Below, piece after piece: positions 47,577-57,682 of a stretch of DNA of 64,000 bases (its first letter is position 1; every line of letters starts with the position of its first letter). Under the pieces are notes generated by a model. It was not told where the DNA came from and did no database searches. It saw only the letters and a list, made by a program, of their open reading frames with translations. Origin of the DNA: Candidatus Doudnabacteria bacterium (GTDB lineage: Bacteria > Patescibacteriota > Doudnabacteria > UBA920 > O2-02-FULL-48-8); contig JAIFWV010000003.1 in the NCBI GenBank assembly GCA_019659055.1, positions 14,706 through 78,705 of the forward strand. Direction: 5' to 3'. Made by a program: the position numbers and the translations under genes.

Positions 47577-48851
47577 TTACCCGCGGGTTTCGGTTGCTAT
47601 GACCTCGTCTGCGATATCCTCTCGATGATACTCCCCTTCGAATTTGATCAAGCTGACCGCTTTCATCGCGACATTCTTCGCGGTGTAATAGTCCGGGGCT
47701 GTTCCCACGACGGTAAGCACTCGTCCTCCTGAAGTGACCACCTGTCCGTCAACGAGTTTGGTTCCTGCATGGAAAACGTGAGCGTAATCGTTGGGACCAA
47801 CATGTTCTGGTCCAAGATCGAGACCAATGATGGCCCGCCCAGTAATCGGCTTATCCGGATACCCCTCGGACGCCATGACAATTCCTACAGCGACCTCCGG
47901 TTTGAACTTGGCCTCGAACATTCGCAGGAACCCGAACTTTGTAGTCGCTTGCAATAGAGGAAGCAACTCACAGTCAAGTAGCGGCATTAGCAACTGCGTC
48001 TCGGGATCCCCGAACCTGCAGTTGATCTCGATGACCACAGGACCACGCTTCGTGATCATCAGCTGGAAGTACATGACGCCCTTGTAAGGGCATCCGCAGT
48101 TTGCCAGCGCCTTGATCGTCGGACGGACGATCGTCTCCTCGATCTGTGTCTTCAGCTCTGCCGTCAGGATCGGGTGCGGCGAAAATCCGCCCATACCACC
48201 CGTGTTCGGACCGCCCGAGTGGAGAGGCTTGTAATCCTGCGCCGAACCGCCGAAGAGGAAGTCGTCGCCGTCAGTGAGTACGAAGAACGACAGTTCTGGT
48301 CCTTCTTCCATTTCCTGAACCAAATACTGATCGTCCTCGAGCCTTTCGAGTCTGGCCAGCGCACCTGGTAGATCGGATGCCATCCGAATTACTTCCGCAC
48401 CCTTACCAGCCGCAAGGCCGCTCTTTTTGATCACAATACGGCCATGGGTCCCTTGCACCTCCTCTCGCATTGACGCGAAGCTTGCGAAGTATGAAGTGAA
48501 CGGAATGGAAACGCGCGCGTCTTCCAGCAACCCACAGCACCAGTACTTACTTGTTTCGATCCGTGATGCCGCTTTCGTGGGGCCGAAGATGGCCAAATTG
48601 AGGCCGTTAAAAGTATCCACGATGCCGTCGCCCAGCGGTGCTTCGGGTCCCACGACTACGAAATCGATTGCATTGTCTTTGACGTACCGGACCACCGAGA
48701 GGTGATTCTTCGCGTCGAGAGCAACACACCTGGCGAACAGCGCCATCCCCGGATTACCCGGTGCTGCGTGGATCTCGTGACCTTCCTGGTGCAACTTCCA
48801 TGCGATCGCATGTTCGCGACCGCCGCCGCCAATAATCAGTACTCGCTGCAT
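47577..48851 (-). CDS. purD: Phosphoribosylamine-glycine ligase
   Basis: GGGGREHA, APGNPG, VGPEAPL, QDYK, GPNTGGMG, RFGDPETQ, TSGGRVL. Confidence 0.97.
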   Translation of the reverse strand: MQRVLIIGGGGREHAIAWKLHQEGHEIHAAPGNPGMALFARCVALDAKNHLSVVRYVKDNAIDFVVVGPEAPLGDGIVDTFNGLNLAIFGPTKAASRIETSKYWCCGLLEDARVSIPFTSYFASFASMREEVQGTHGRIVIKKSGLAAGKGAEVIRMASDLPGALARLERLEDDQYLVQEMEEGPELSFFVLTDGDDFLFGGSAQDYKPLHSGGPNTGGMGGFSPHPILTAELKTQIEETIVRPTIKALANCGCPYKGVMYFQLMITKRGPVVIEINCRFGDPETQLLMPLLDCELLPLLQATTKFGFLRMFEAKFKPEVAVGIVMASEGYPDKPITGRAIIGLDLGPEHVGPNDYAHVFHAGTKLVDGQVVTSGGRVLTVVGTAPDYYTAKNVAMKAVSLIKFEGEYHREDIADEVIATETRG

Positions 48852-48863
48852 GTGATTCGCTCC

Positions 48864-49598
48864 TTAGCCGTTCGGCCATTCTTGGATTGCGGCGTCTTTC
48901 GCCTGTTGAAGGATTGACTCCTCACCCGAAAGGACGAGGTCGTCGTTGAAGGTCAGCTCGGTCGCACGGTTTTGTGAAATGTCATCGAGCGCTTCGATCT
49001 GGACATCGTGCTCAATTGGCAGGACTCGTTCCTGCAATGCAGTAGTATCGTCTTCTGATCGGATTTCAATCCGTCTCATCTTGATAACCGAACCTTCATC
49101 GAATGCCGTTGCCACTCTCTGGCAAACAGCTTCAGTCCAGAAGTTACGGTTCGTCGCTCGAACGAAGTTGAGCCTCGCTGCATGAACTCGACGGCCATAC
49201 ATACCTTTGCCGCCGAAGTCCCTATGATCTGGTCGCAACGGTCCCGGATGTTGGTTGCTCATCATATTGCGATAAGCCTCCACCAATACCGCGGGAGTAA
49301 GTGGCAGCCATCCCAACTGCGCGACAAAATCAACTCCACGAGTGCGGAACTCACGCAGTAACGCTTCTCCGAAATGGTCTGATGACTCGTAACTCTTTGG
49401 CTTGTGAACCAGGACGTCAGAGGATGCAACACCCTCAGCGAGGGCTTTTGTAATGCCCCCAGCTTCAGGCTTACTCGCGACCACACAGACGATCTCGGCA
49501 TAGTTGAGCACTCCAGACTTGCACGCCTGGATGACGCGTTGCATCGTAGTGCCGCCACCCGAAATCAGTGCGGCTATTCGTAACTTGTTTTCTCTCAC
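48864..49598 (-). CDS. purN: Phosphoribosylglycinamide formyltransferase
   Basis: ALISGGGTTM, NQHPGPL, FGGKGMYG, DEG, LQERVLPIEH. Confidence 0.85.
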   Translation of the reverse strand: MRENKLRIAALISGGGTTMQRVIQACKSGVLNYAEIVCVVASKPEAGGITKALAEGVASSDVLVHKPKSYESSDHFGEALLREFRTRGVDFVAQLGWLPLTPAVLVEAYRNMMSNQHPGPLRPDHRDFGGKGMYGRRVHAARLNFVRATNRNFWTEAVCQRVATAFDEGSVIKMRRIEIRSEDDTTALQERVLPIEHDVQIEALDDISQNRATELTFNDDLVLSGEESILQQAKDAAIQEWPNG

Positions 49599-49709
49599 AC
49601 ATCCTCCCTTTACCTATTTTATAAGAACATAAGCACTATGATATAGAAATTAAGAATAGCTGTCCAGCAAGAAAAAACGCCGGCGTTTGCCAGCGTTTTG
49701 TATTCATAA

Positions 49710-51386
49710 TTATTTGGTTTGAGTGGTGGTGAAGGACCGGAAGTTTACCAGATCAGGATTTATGGTATTGAGCAGTAAATATGCCCCAAACAATAGCGCT
49801 AGCCCGATCAAAGACGAAGTGATATAAGTTTTCCCACGCGAAGCACGCTCAGCATTACCGGCCGCAGTGAGAGTGATGTACCCGCCGACCACGATCATAA
49901 GCAATGCCAGGAGTGCGCCCAATGCCAGCGACCAAATATAGATTTGGTTGACCGCAATCGAAAGTGAGCCGAGGTTAATCGCCGCAGGCGCCGGAGGAGG
50001 TGTCGGAGTGGGCGCAGGTGCGGGATTTGGACCTGAAACCCCGGTCGGGCTAAAGAACGTCGTCCCGGCAACGGTTGTATAATTCCTGCTAGCAAAAGTT
50101 GCGGACCCATACGGAGTTACCGTTTGAGCAATATTGAAACTTCCGGGTGCTGCCTGAGCGAGATTTATTCCCAAAAATCGATTGAACCAACTATTGTAAG
50201 CAACAGTTACATCCAAAGCAAGATTACTCCAGTATACCGCCCCGCTTGCGTCGAGTTCTGTGCTCCAGGCGCGGCCGTCCCAATCGCCGCTTGCGACAAA
50301 GAACGTTTGAGTCCACCGGTTGTACTCGATGCTTGTAGCGGCGTAGCCTTCTGAATAAGGCTCCGTGCCCGCCGTGATTATGGGATAAACATCAGACATA
50401 GAACCATCGTCGCTTACAGTGCGGCCCCACATGCCGGCGATACCTTCGCGGCCTCGCTCGAGCCACATGGTAACTGCGGCGCCATCTTCGGGCGAATAGG
50501 CCACATGCCCATTTTGCACGGCTAAGCGGCCGGGCCTGGTCTCGCTCAATTGGACTGGACTGCCGACCACGGCCAAAGTTTGGGCATTGACCTTAGACAG
50601 ATAAATGCGATCATCTTCGCTTCCCGTATCATCTCCGGTATAGACTGTGGCATATACAAACCAGTATTCATTGGTATGAGTATTGGCCGCAACCTCAAGT
50701 TGTCCTTGATAATGAAAAGAGCCAATGACTCGGTGCGCTTCGGAAAGTTTGCCGTCTAAGGCTACAGTTTTGAAATTCACAGCATTACCCCGCTCAAAGC
50801 CGATTACAAAACGCTTATTGGTGGTATCGTAGTCAATGTCAGACGATCCCGCTCCAGATTGGATAAAAAAGTCGCGACCCTCAGGGGCTCCACTGCCCGA
50901 GACAAACCGGCCGTAAATATTGAGACAGTTACCGCAGCCGCCGTAGTCGCCCCAAACGACCAAAAATTTATCGGAATCTGGGCTATAAGCAATGTGGGGA
51001 TTGCCGCTGCCGCCATTGGAATCAATCCGAAACGCCGTGCCTTTTATGGCCAGGGTCTTCGGATCCGCCATCATGCCGTATGTCGGGCGGAAGTCGTCTC
51101 GGACAATATGGCTTTCGATGATGAGGACCTCATCGCTCTTGGGTGAATACCCGGCGGCGACTCCGCCAATGCCACTATATGGAAAAGTGGCTGGATCAGC
51201 CGGATCGGTGCCTGGATCATAGGTTTTTTGCTCGGGGTGGCTTTGGTAGTAGTCGATACAGTCCAAGACCGCCTCGGTCGCCTCCGGCCACGGATCGCAA
51301 TCAGCAGCAGTAACAGCCAAGGCCTTCTGCTGGGGCATAAAAACAAAAGCAAACCCAAAAATGAGGGCTGCTATTTTTTTCTTCAT
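49710..51386 (-). CDS. Large secreted beta-rich domain fused to a C-terminal TrbC/VirB2-like pilin
   Basis: Signal peptide; PAPT linker; LALLMIVVGGYITLTAAGN..GK..I..SLIGL..AYLLLNTINPDL. Confidence 0.8.
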   Translation of the reverse strand: MKKKIAALIFGFAFVFMPQQKALAVTAADCDPWPEATEAVLDCIDYYQSHPEQKTYDPGTDPADPATFPYSGIGGVAAGYSPKSDEVLIIESHIVRDDFRPTYGMMADPKTLAIKGTAFRIDSNGGSGNPHIAYSPDSDKFLVVWGDYGGCGNCLNIYGRFVSGSGAPEGRDFFIQSGAGSSDIDYDTTNKRFVIGFERGNAVNFKTVALDGKLSEAHRVIGSFHYQGQLEVAANTHTNEYWFVYATVYTGDDTGSEDDRIYLSKVNAQTLAVVGSPVQLSETRPGRLAVQNGHVAYSPEDGAAVTMWLERGREGIAGMWGRTVSDDGSMSDVYPIITAGTEPYSEGYAATSIEYNRWTQTFFVASGDWDGRAWSTELDASGAVYWSNLALDVTVAYNSWFNRFLGINLAQAAPGSFNIAQTVTPYGSATFASRNYTTVAGTTFFSPTGVSGPNPAPAPTPTPPPAPAAINLGSLSIAVNQIYIWSLALGALLALLMIVVGGYITLTAAGNAERASRGKTYITSSLIGLALLFGAYLLLNTINPDLVNFRSFTTTQTK

Positions 51387-51393
51387 CGAGTAA

Positions 51394-52020
51394 TTAGTGA
51401 TATTCATCAATGCATGGACCGAGGTAGCGGTTTACTTCGGCATTATATATGGCGACACAATAAATCTGGCCAGTTTGGTTGTCACGGAGATCCACCCAAG
51501 GCATGCCATGATCGTTGACTGCAGGATGGCTGGCTTGGATGATAGGGTGGGCTGTAACTTCGCGATGACTTGGCACGATGTCCATCACCGGCTCCTCTTG
51601 CATAAAGTTAGGCAAGATTAGCGGCTGCACCTCGATCGTTTGTGTTTCCACCGTCTCAATTCCCAAAACCTGAGGCGCGGCTTGCCGCTCTCGGTTGTCG
51701 AGTGACGTAGTAATCTTATTATAAACATCGGCAATGATTATGTTAAGATCGTTCTGGCTTGCGGAAGGTGTCGTGAGTGCAATGAAAGCATCGGCTGATC
51801 GCATATAAAACTCATACACAGACGAGACTACCAATTTGGTGCTGTCCACCATGAGTGGCTCATCGCCGAAGACCTGGTGACTTGCGACCGCAAATTGTTG
51901 TCTGACCTCGTGCTGGAATGCTGCGACCTCTGCCCTTTGTGTCGGCTGAATCACAAAAAACGCCGATCCTAGAACGACAGCGCTTAGCGTGTAAAATAAT
52001 TTTTCAGCAAACCAGTACAT
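51394..52020 (-). CDS. Hypothetical membrane-anchored protein (paralog 1)
   Basis: VYEFYMRSADAF, PQVLG. Confidence 0.65.
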   Translation of the reverse strand: MYWFAEKLFYTLSAVVLGSAFFVIQPTQRAEVAAFQHEVRQQFAVASHQVFGDEPLMVDSTKLVVSSVYEFYMRSADAFIALTTPSASQNDLNIIIADVYNKITTSLDNRERQAAPQVLGIETVETQTIEVQPLILPNFMQEEPVMDIVPSHREVTAHPIIQASHPAVNDHGMPWVDLRDNQTGQIYCVAIYNAEVNRYLGPCIDEYH

Positions 52021-52051
52021 AGTTTAAAAACTAATTTTCAGTTTTCAATTT

Positions 52052-52519
52052 TTAACGTGAGATTGAAGCGCCCGCAACTTGCGGCCCCCAAGAATCCGTG
52101 TAGTTGGATACGTCCAAAAGCCCGGCTAGTTTTTGCGACGAGAGTTTATAAAAATCATTCACGCCGTAGACAAAGGCAAAAGTATTTTCTGTCTGCGCTG
52201 ACGCATCCAAAAGTTGTGCAGCGCTGATGGCCGCTTGATTATAAAACTCATTGACGGCAGACACAGTCTGCACTGTGGGCTGTGAGACGAAGGCGACATC
52301 CGATGCCATTGCCGAAACTCCGCTTGAGACATCGAGGATCGCAAGTCCTCCCTTCCAGTCGGCAGCAGTGGCGTTCAACATCAGCGCGCTCTCACCTGTG
52401 ATCAATAAGGCGATTGCAATCACCAAAGCGTGCACCGAATAATGCTTTGGCTTGCGGCTACGAACCTTGCGTGAGATTTGCGATTTTTGTTTTGTTTTTG
52501 TTTTTGATGTCTTCTTCAT
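52052..52519 (-). CDS. Hypothetical membrane-anchored protein (paralog 2)
   Basis: VNEFYNQAA, VNDFYKLS, PQVAG. Confidence 0.65.
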   Translation of the reverse strand: MKKTSKTKTKQKSQISRKVRSRKPKHYSVHALVIAIALLITGESALMLNATAADWKGGLAILDVSSGVSAMASDVAFVSQPTVQTVSAVNEFYNQAAISAAQLLDASAQTENTFAFVYGVNDFYKLSSQKLAGLLDVSNYTDSWGPQVAGASISR

Positions 52520-52524
52520 GGCGT

Positions 52525-53034
52525 TTAATTATTTATTAATTGTTTGACCACGCTCGGCGCGTGGTAATAATATTGTTTATAAATTTTATAGGTCTGGCGC
52601 GCTGCGGCTTGATCGCGGCTTTCAAACGCCGCGTCTTTATCAAAAAATGCGCCCAAGATTTGTCCGGTTTTGGACTCTTGGTCAACATTGTTGACTCGGT
52701 AGCCGTAAGCGACACTTTGCGAATAAGTATCCAAAGAGTTTGCAAATTTGAGTACTGGCACGCCAACCTGATCGGGGTAGCTAAAGACCTGAGTGAAAGC
52801 CAAATCGAATTGATTGTAGAAGTCCTCCCCTACCATATATGCGAATTGAACTTTGTCCGTGACTTTGGCCACATGTTCATGCATATCAAACATACCGAAC
52901 GCGTCTGAGACCGCCGTCTTCTGGTGAGTTGGGAGGGTGATGTAGATTTCGAAGCCGATGAGCACGAGACCGATCGTCGCAATAAAAATAGCGCACGCTT
53001 CGAAAGCCGTTAGGTTGTTGTAATTCGTTTTCAC
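52525..53034 (-). CDS. Hypothetical membrane-anchored protein (paralog 3)
   Basis: EDFYNQFDLAF, GQILG. Confidence 0.65.
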   Translation of the reverse strand: MKTNYNNLTAFEACAIFIATIGLVLIGFEIYITLPTHQKTAVSDAFGMFDMHEHVAKVTDKVQFAYMVGEDFYNQFDLAFTQVFSYPDQVGVPVLKFANSLDTYSQSVAYGYRVNNVDQESKTGQILGAFFDKDAAFESRDQAAARQTYKIYKQYYYHAPSVVKQLINN

Positions 53035-53188
53035 TTTAAAACCTTATGAATTTTGTTTTTGTTTCTGAGTAGATTTGCAATTCCTGCACTATTTTTGGAG
53101 CAGAAATTACTTTATCTATATATATTATAGCATAAAAAAAGCCTCTTGTCTAGAGGCTTTAAAAAATTCACTAATTAGAGTATAGAAT

Positions 53189-53563
53189 TTATTTAAGAGT
53201 AACTTTGGCACCGGCTTCTTCGAGTTTCTTCTTGAGTTCCTCGGCTTCAGCCTTGCCGATGTTTTCTTTGATTGCTTTCGGCGCGGCGTCAACCAAATCC
53301 TTGGCTTCCTTAAGGCCTTTGCCTGTAGCTTCGCGAACGACTTTGATGACGTTGATCTTGTTGGCACCAGCATCGGCGAGCTCAACTGTAAATTCAGTCT
53401 TCTCTTCTGCGGGCGTCGCTGTACCTGCGGCCGGACCTGCGGCCATCATCATAGGAGCGGAGGCGGAAACACCGAACTTATCTTCCAAAGTTTTCACGAG
53501 TTCGGAAAGTTCCAAGACGGAAAGCTTTTCGATTTCGGAAACTATACTATCAAAATTTGCCAT
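53189..53563 (-). CDS. rplL: 50S ribosomal protein L7/L12
   Basis: [27 protein letters not shown]. Confidence 0.98.
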   Translation of the reverse strand: MANFDSIVSEIEKLSVLELSELVKTLEDKFGVSASAPMMMAAGPAAGTATPAEEKTEFTVELADAGANKINVIKVVREATGKGLKEAKDLVDAAPKAIKENIGKAEAEELKKKLEEAGAKVTLK

Positions 53564-53634
53564 ATATAATCCTTCCTGCCCGCCAGAGCTTTAAGCGAAG
53601 GCGGGTCTTAGTTTAAGCTTATTCGACCTAAAGA

Positions 53635-54156
53635 TTAAGCTTTCTTTTCTTTAATTGCGTTTAAGACGTTAAGAAGATTTCTAGTGTTACCAGAAAGCAC
53701 AGTTACCAATCCGCGGATCGGACCGGCAATCACACCCACGAGTTGAGCGCGGAGCTGATCCTTGCCCGGCAGTGCGGCCAGCCGACTTACGACATCAGCG
53801 GCAACGAGATTGTTGTTGAACACTCCCCCGTTGAGGATGAGCTTGGGCTGATCTTTGGATGCCAGTTTGAGGATGCGAGCGGGAGCAGTTTCTTCCTCAT
53901 TGGAGATGGCGACAGCGAGCGGACCGTTGTAGTTAAATGCGTCTGTGGAAATTCCGAGGGAGGCCAATGCTTTCTTGAGCAGAGTAATTTTTACAACTTG
54001 ATACTTTACATTTTCTTTGCGCAAATTTTTGCGCAGGGCATCAATCTCTTTGACGCTCATGCCACGGTACTCGGCAAAGACCACGCCGCGCGCGGCTCTG
54101 AGATCTTCCGTGATTTGAGAAAGCGTTGCTTCCTTTTCTTTTCTAGTTACTGCCAT
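53635..54156 (-). CDS. rplJ: 50S ribosomal protein L10
   Basis: EYRGMSV..LRKNLR..VVKITL; upstream of rplL; start MAVTRK. Confidence 0.95.
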   Translation of the reverse strand: MAVTRKEKEATLSQITEDLRAARGVVFAEYRGMSVKEIDALRKNLRKENVKYQVVKITLLKKALASLGISTDAFNYNGPLAVAISNEEETAPARILKLASKDQPKLILNGGVFNNNLVAADVVSRLAALPGKDQLRAQLVGVIAGPIRGLVTVLSGNTRNLLNVLNAIKEKKA

Positions 54157-54179
54157 AAATAATTCTCCGAAATTATAAA

Positions 54180-54292
54180 ATAAAAAATCCGCGTTCCAAA
54201 GACGCGGGTTCAAGTCATCTAGATTCTATGTTCTAGATTCTACTTATTCCTGCTTAGCTGATTAAGGCTTGCGCCGGCTAAGGTCTTTGGAG
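54180..54292 (-). promoter_or_regulatory. L10-leader-like autoregulatory RNA with attenuator
   Basis: CCAAAGAC-CTTAGC..TTAA..GCTAAG-CAGG. GTCTTTGG can pair with CCAAAGAC or lie inside the CCGCGT/ACGCGG + U-run terminator. Confidence 0.7.
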
Positions 54293-54367
54293 TTCCTACA
54301 TAGTATAGACAAATTTCCCTCCCGCGTCAAGACCCTAGGGCTAGGAAAAAGAATGTCCCTAAGATTC

Positions 54368-54655
54368 TCATCTTAGGGACTTAGGTACCAAAAACCGGCG
54401 GGTGGGAGCGGCAGGCCGATCGGAAAGCAGAACTTCATGTTTGTAGTCCCGAACGCACGTGGTATCGGGAGCCGCGGATTGGAGAGAGAGAACGAAGAAC
54501 GTTCGAAACTTGTACGTCTGAGGAAAACCTTTTTGCGGCGTAATCTCTGCGGCGAAGTGTTCGCGACAGACAACTGCGGAAATGAGGCCAGTGATGACCT
54601 GGATCTTCTCAGGCAAGTTTGCGAGATCAACCCCGATTGCGGTCGGTGGAAACAT
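54368..54655 (-). CDS. Hypothetical protein
   Basis: AGGAGG + ATG; hairpin after the stop. Confidence 0.45.
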   Translation of the reverse strand: MFPPTAIGVDLANLPEKIQVITGLISAVVCREHFAAEITPQKGFPQTYKFRTFFVLSLQSAAPDTTCVRDYKHEVLLSDRPAAPTRRFLVPKSLR

Positions 54656-54738
54656 CGATCCTCCTTAAAGATATTTTAACACATAAATAAATTACCAAAA
54701 AAAGAGAGTCTAAGGCAAGCCATAGACTCTCACTCTCT

Positions 54739-55674
54739 CTACCCGCGATGCGGAACCTTGCGGAACATCTCCGGCTGCAGCGGGAGGATGAAGGAAAACC
54801 GGTAATCCCCTTGCATGCGGCCAATCGGGATGCCGACTAAGTCGCCTTCCTGATCTAAGACTCCCCCGCCTGAGACTCCAGGGTGTCCGTCAGTTAAGCA
54901 GGTGACCAGTCCGTTTGGGGTTTTTTGGCCCACATATCCGCTGGCCAGGATAATCCCCTTGGAATAATCGTTCCCCAGCCGGAAAATCGGATCGACAGAG
55001 TCAAAGGCATAAGCCAGGTCAATTGTGAGGGGAGGTAAATCTAGAGATTCGCGGACCTTCAAGATTGCCCAGTCACCTGGATCGACCTCTGCCTGAGCCT
55101 CACCTGCATCGACAAGCCGTGCCAGGAGCTTGCGGCCCTTGTAGCTGATCTGGATGGACTGAACGTGACGCGGATTCGTGAGACCTTCTTGGCCCAAGGC
55201 GACCACCGCGTGTTTGACGGTAATAAAGTACCCATTCCCAAGGTACCCTGCGGTCCCGTAGTTACTCGCGCCCTGATCGTCGTAAGCATCGAGTTCGACG
55301 AAACTTTTTGCGCGACTGCGCAAGAGGCTCAAGGGAACAAGTCCCATCTCTCGAGCGAAGTCTTGCTTGAACTGCGCTTGTTGTCCTGCGGTGTCGGGCA
55401 CTCGAATGGATGTTCGGACTTGGCTCAACTCCATCTCTAGCGCCGCCATCGCGGTGTTCAGCTTGGCAAACTTCTGGTCTTCCTCGCGCTTGTTGTAAAC
55501 CGAAGTCGCGTAGCACGCCGTCAAGACGACAAGCGTCATGGTCATGATTCGATGGACCCACTTCACCGAAGTGCGGCGATCCGCGGACGTCGTTCTGTTG
55601 TCCTGGCTCTTTTCTTTTGTGAAAGGAAAAGAGGAGCCAAGAGAACGACCCCATGTCAGCAACAATGTTCTCAT
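54739..55674 (-). CDS. Trypsin-like serine protease
   Basis: ITVKH, GDWAIL, GVSGGG: intact triad. Confidence 0.85.
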   Translation of the reverse strand: MRTLLLTWGRSLGSSFPFTKEKSQDNRTTSADRRTSVKWVHRIMTMTLVVLTACYATSVYNKREEDQKFAKLNTAMAALEMELSQVRTSIRVPDTAGQQAQFKQDFAREMGLVPLSLLRSRAKSFVELDAYDDQGASNYGTAGYLGNGYFITVKHAVVALGQEGLTNPRHVQSIQISYKGRKLLARLVDAGEAQAEVDPGDWAILKVRESLDLPPLTIDLAYAFDSVDPIFRLGNDYSKGIILASGYVGQKTPNGLVTCLTDGHPGVSGGGVLDQEGDLVGIPIGRMQGDYRFSFILPLQPEMFRKVPHRG

Positions 55675-55775
55675 GATCTCCTCCTCTGGAAATCTCTATG
55701 TGTACGTTGTCTAGATCATAGAGCAATTAAAAAGCTCCGTCAAAGTCAGGCGGAGCTTCCATCTCGAGAATTTAT

Positions 55776-56858
55776 CTACCTCAGATATTTTTGGCGGTTG
55801 AGATTATGCTCTTCCAAAGTTTTGGCAAAGTAAGCAGTGCCATCTGGTGCATTCAAAAAATAAATATAATCTGTGTCTGCAGGATTGATCGCCGCGCGCA
55901 AAGACCCGAGTCCGGGATTTGAGATGGGAGCCGGCGGCAAACCTCTGACTTGGTAAGTATTGTACGGAGATTTTATTTTGGTGTCCGCAATCGTTACCGA
56001 GCGGTCGGTTTTTCCGGTGATGTAATTGACAGTCGCATCCGATTCCAGCGCCATACCGATTGAGAGTCGATTATAAAAAACAGAGGCCACGAGTTCCCGC
56101 TCTCTTTGCATCTGTGCAATATCGTCTGCGGTCAGCGAGGAAGTATTTCGCCCGACTTCTTTTTCGATGATCGAAGCCAAGATGACCGTGTTCTTGATAT
56201 TGAGATTTTTGTCGGCGATATCTTTCTCCAGTTCGTCGGAGATCTTGGATTCAAAGTTGGCAAGCATCTTCTGGATCAACTGTTGGGCAGTTGCATCTTT
56301 GGCAACAACATAAGTATCCGGAAACAAAAATCCTTGGTAACTCATAGGCTTGGCGATATCGTTGTATTTGAAAACAAAATTTCCCGAGGCGAGAGCGCCG
56401 GTGAAATCCCTGCTCGAAACTATATTGCGGCTCTCAAGGTCCGCCGCGATCTGTTTGTTACTGCGGCCCTCAATAATAGTCACCTTCCTGTCATTGGATA
56501 TGACTTTGCCGGCGGTCAGCACGTCCACAATCTCAGCGATACTCATGTCGCGATCCAGGACATAATTCCCGGCCTGGATTTTATCTCCGGCTTGGTGGAG
56601 TTTGACATAAAGAACAAACGACCAATATGAATTTATAATTTTCTGGTCGGATAGCGCGCGCCCGATCGCACGCGTAGAGGCGCCTTTGGCTACTGTAAAG
56701 CTCGTGGGCACAGAATCAGAAGAGGCCGCTTGATTTACTTTGGTGTAAAAGTAGGCCCCCACGGTGAGGAGGACCACGAACCCAAGTGAGATAACCAAAG
56801 TAATTATCCGGCCGAGGCTGCGCTTGGATTCTTCGATGTGAAATTCAGGATTTATCAT
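55776..56858 (-). CDS. mltG: Endolytic transglycosylase
   Basis: GFLFPDTY, LASIIEKE, LESDATV, SPYNTY..GLPPAPISNPG. Confidence 0.95.
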   Translation of the reverse strand: MINPEFHIEESKRSLGRIITLVISLGFVVLLTVGAYFYTKVNQAASSDSVPTSFTVAKGASTRAIGRALSDQKIINSYWSFVLYVKLHQAGDKIQAGNYVLDRDMSIAEIVDVLTAGKVISNDRKVTIIEGRSNKQIAADLESRNIVSSRDFTGALASGNFVFKYNDIAKPMSYQGFLFPDTYVVAKDATAQQLIQKMLANFESKISDELEKDIADKNLNIKNTVILASIIEKEVGRNTSSLTADDIAQMQRERELVASVFYNRLSIGMALESDATVNYITGKTDRSVTIADTKIKSPYNTYQVRGLPPAPISNPGLGSLRAAINPADTDYIYFLNAPDGTAYFAKTLEEHNLNRQKYLR

Positions 56859-57056
56859 GCAGGTATTATTGCAAATAAAATTGCTTTAGTAAATCAGGCA
56901 GAAAAAACGCGCCCTCTTTACAAAGTCGGAAAAATCTGCTATAATATCTATATAAGTTAGATTCTTACGAGAAACAAAAACAAAATTTAGTTAAAAGCAA
57001 TTTAATAGAGAGCATAAAGTTCTTTATTTTTTATTGCTCCAGCAGCAAAAACAAAA

Positions 57057-57530
57057 ATGCTAATGAAATTAAAGCTTGGTTTCCTTTTGATTGCGGTGAT
57101 GCTCCTGACGGGGTTTAGCCATTCCCTACCTTCCATTTCACTGGAAGGGATTATGGGTATCGTCAACGCCGACCGGCAGTCCCAAGGCTTGCCCGAGCTT
57201 TCATTGAACCCAACTTTGAATCGTGCCGCTTTGGCCAAAGCCGAAGACATGATCAGCAACCACTACTTCGCTCACACTTCCCCGGAAGGCGTGGCGCCTT
57301 GGTACTGGATCAAGACCTTGGGTTACAATTATTCGTTTGCCGGAGAAAATTTGGCAATCGGATACCAGAATACTTCGGAGCTTGTCGATTCGTGGATGGA
57401 TTCACCCGCCCACCGAGCCAATATCCTCTCCCCCAACTATGAAGACATGGGACTTGCAGTGATCAAATCTCAGAACTCCACACTCGTAGTCCAAATGTTT
57501 GGCTCACCACACAAACTGACACAGAAGTAG
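57057..57530 (+). CDS. CAP/SCP domain protein
   Basis: YFAHTSPEG, AGENLA, WMDSPAHRANIL. Confidence 0.93.
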   Translation: MLMKLKLGFLLIAVMLLTGFSHSLPSISLEGIMGIVNADRQSQGLPELSLNPTLNRAALAKAEDMISNHYFAHTSPEGVAPWYWIKTLGYNYSFAGENLAIGYQNTSELVDSWMDSPAHRANILSPNYEDMGLAVIKSQNSTLVVQMFGSPHKLTQK

Positions 57531-57682
57531 AATTTAGAAGCTAGAAATAATATTGAGGTTTAACACCTGCTTGTCGTGAGCAGGTTTTTTTATCTACGAA
57601 ATACGAAATGGCGAAACTACGAACCCAAGTTGACCGCGATACTTTGAGATGCTAAATTACACTCACTCCAAGGAGGAACAAC

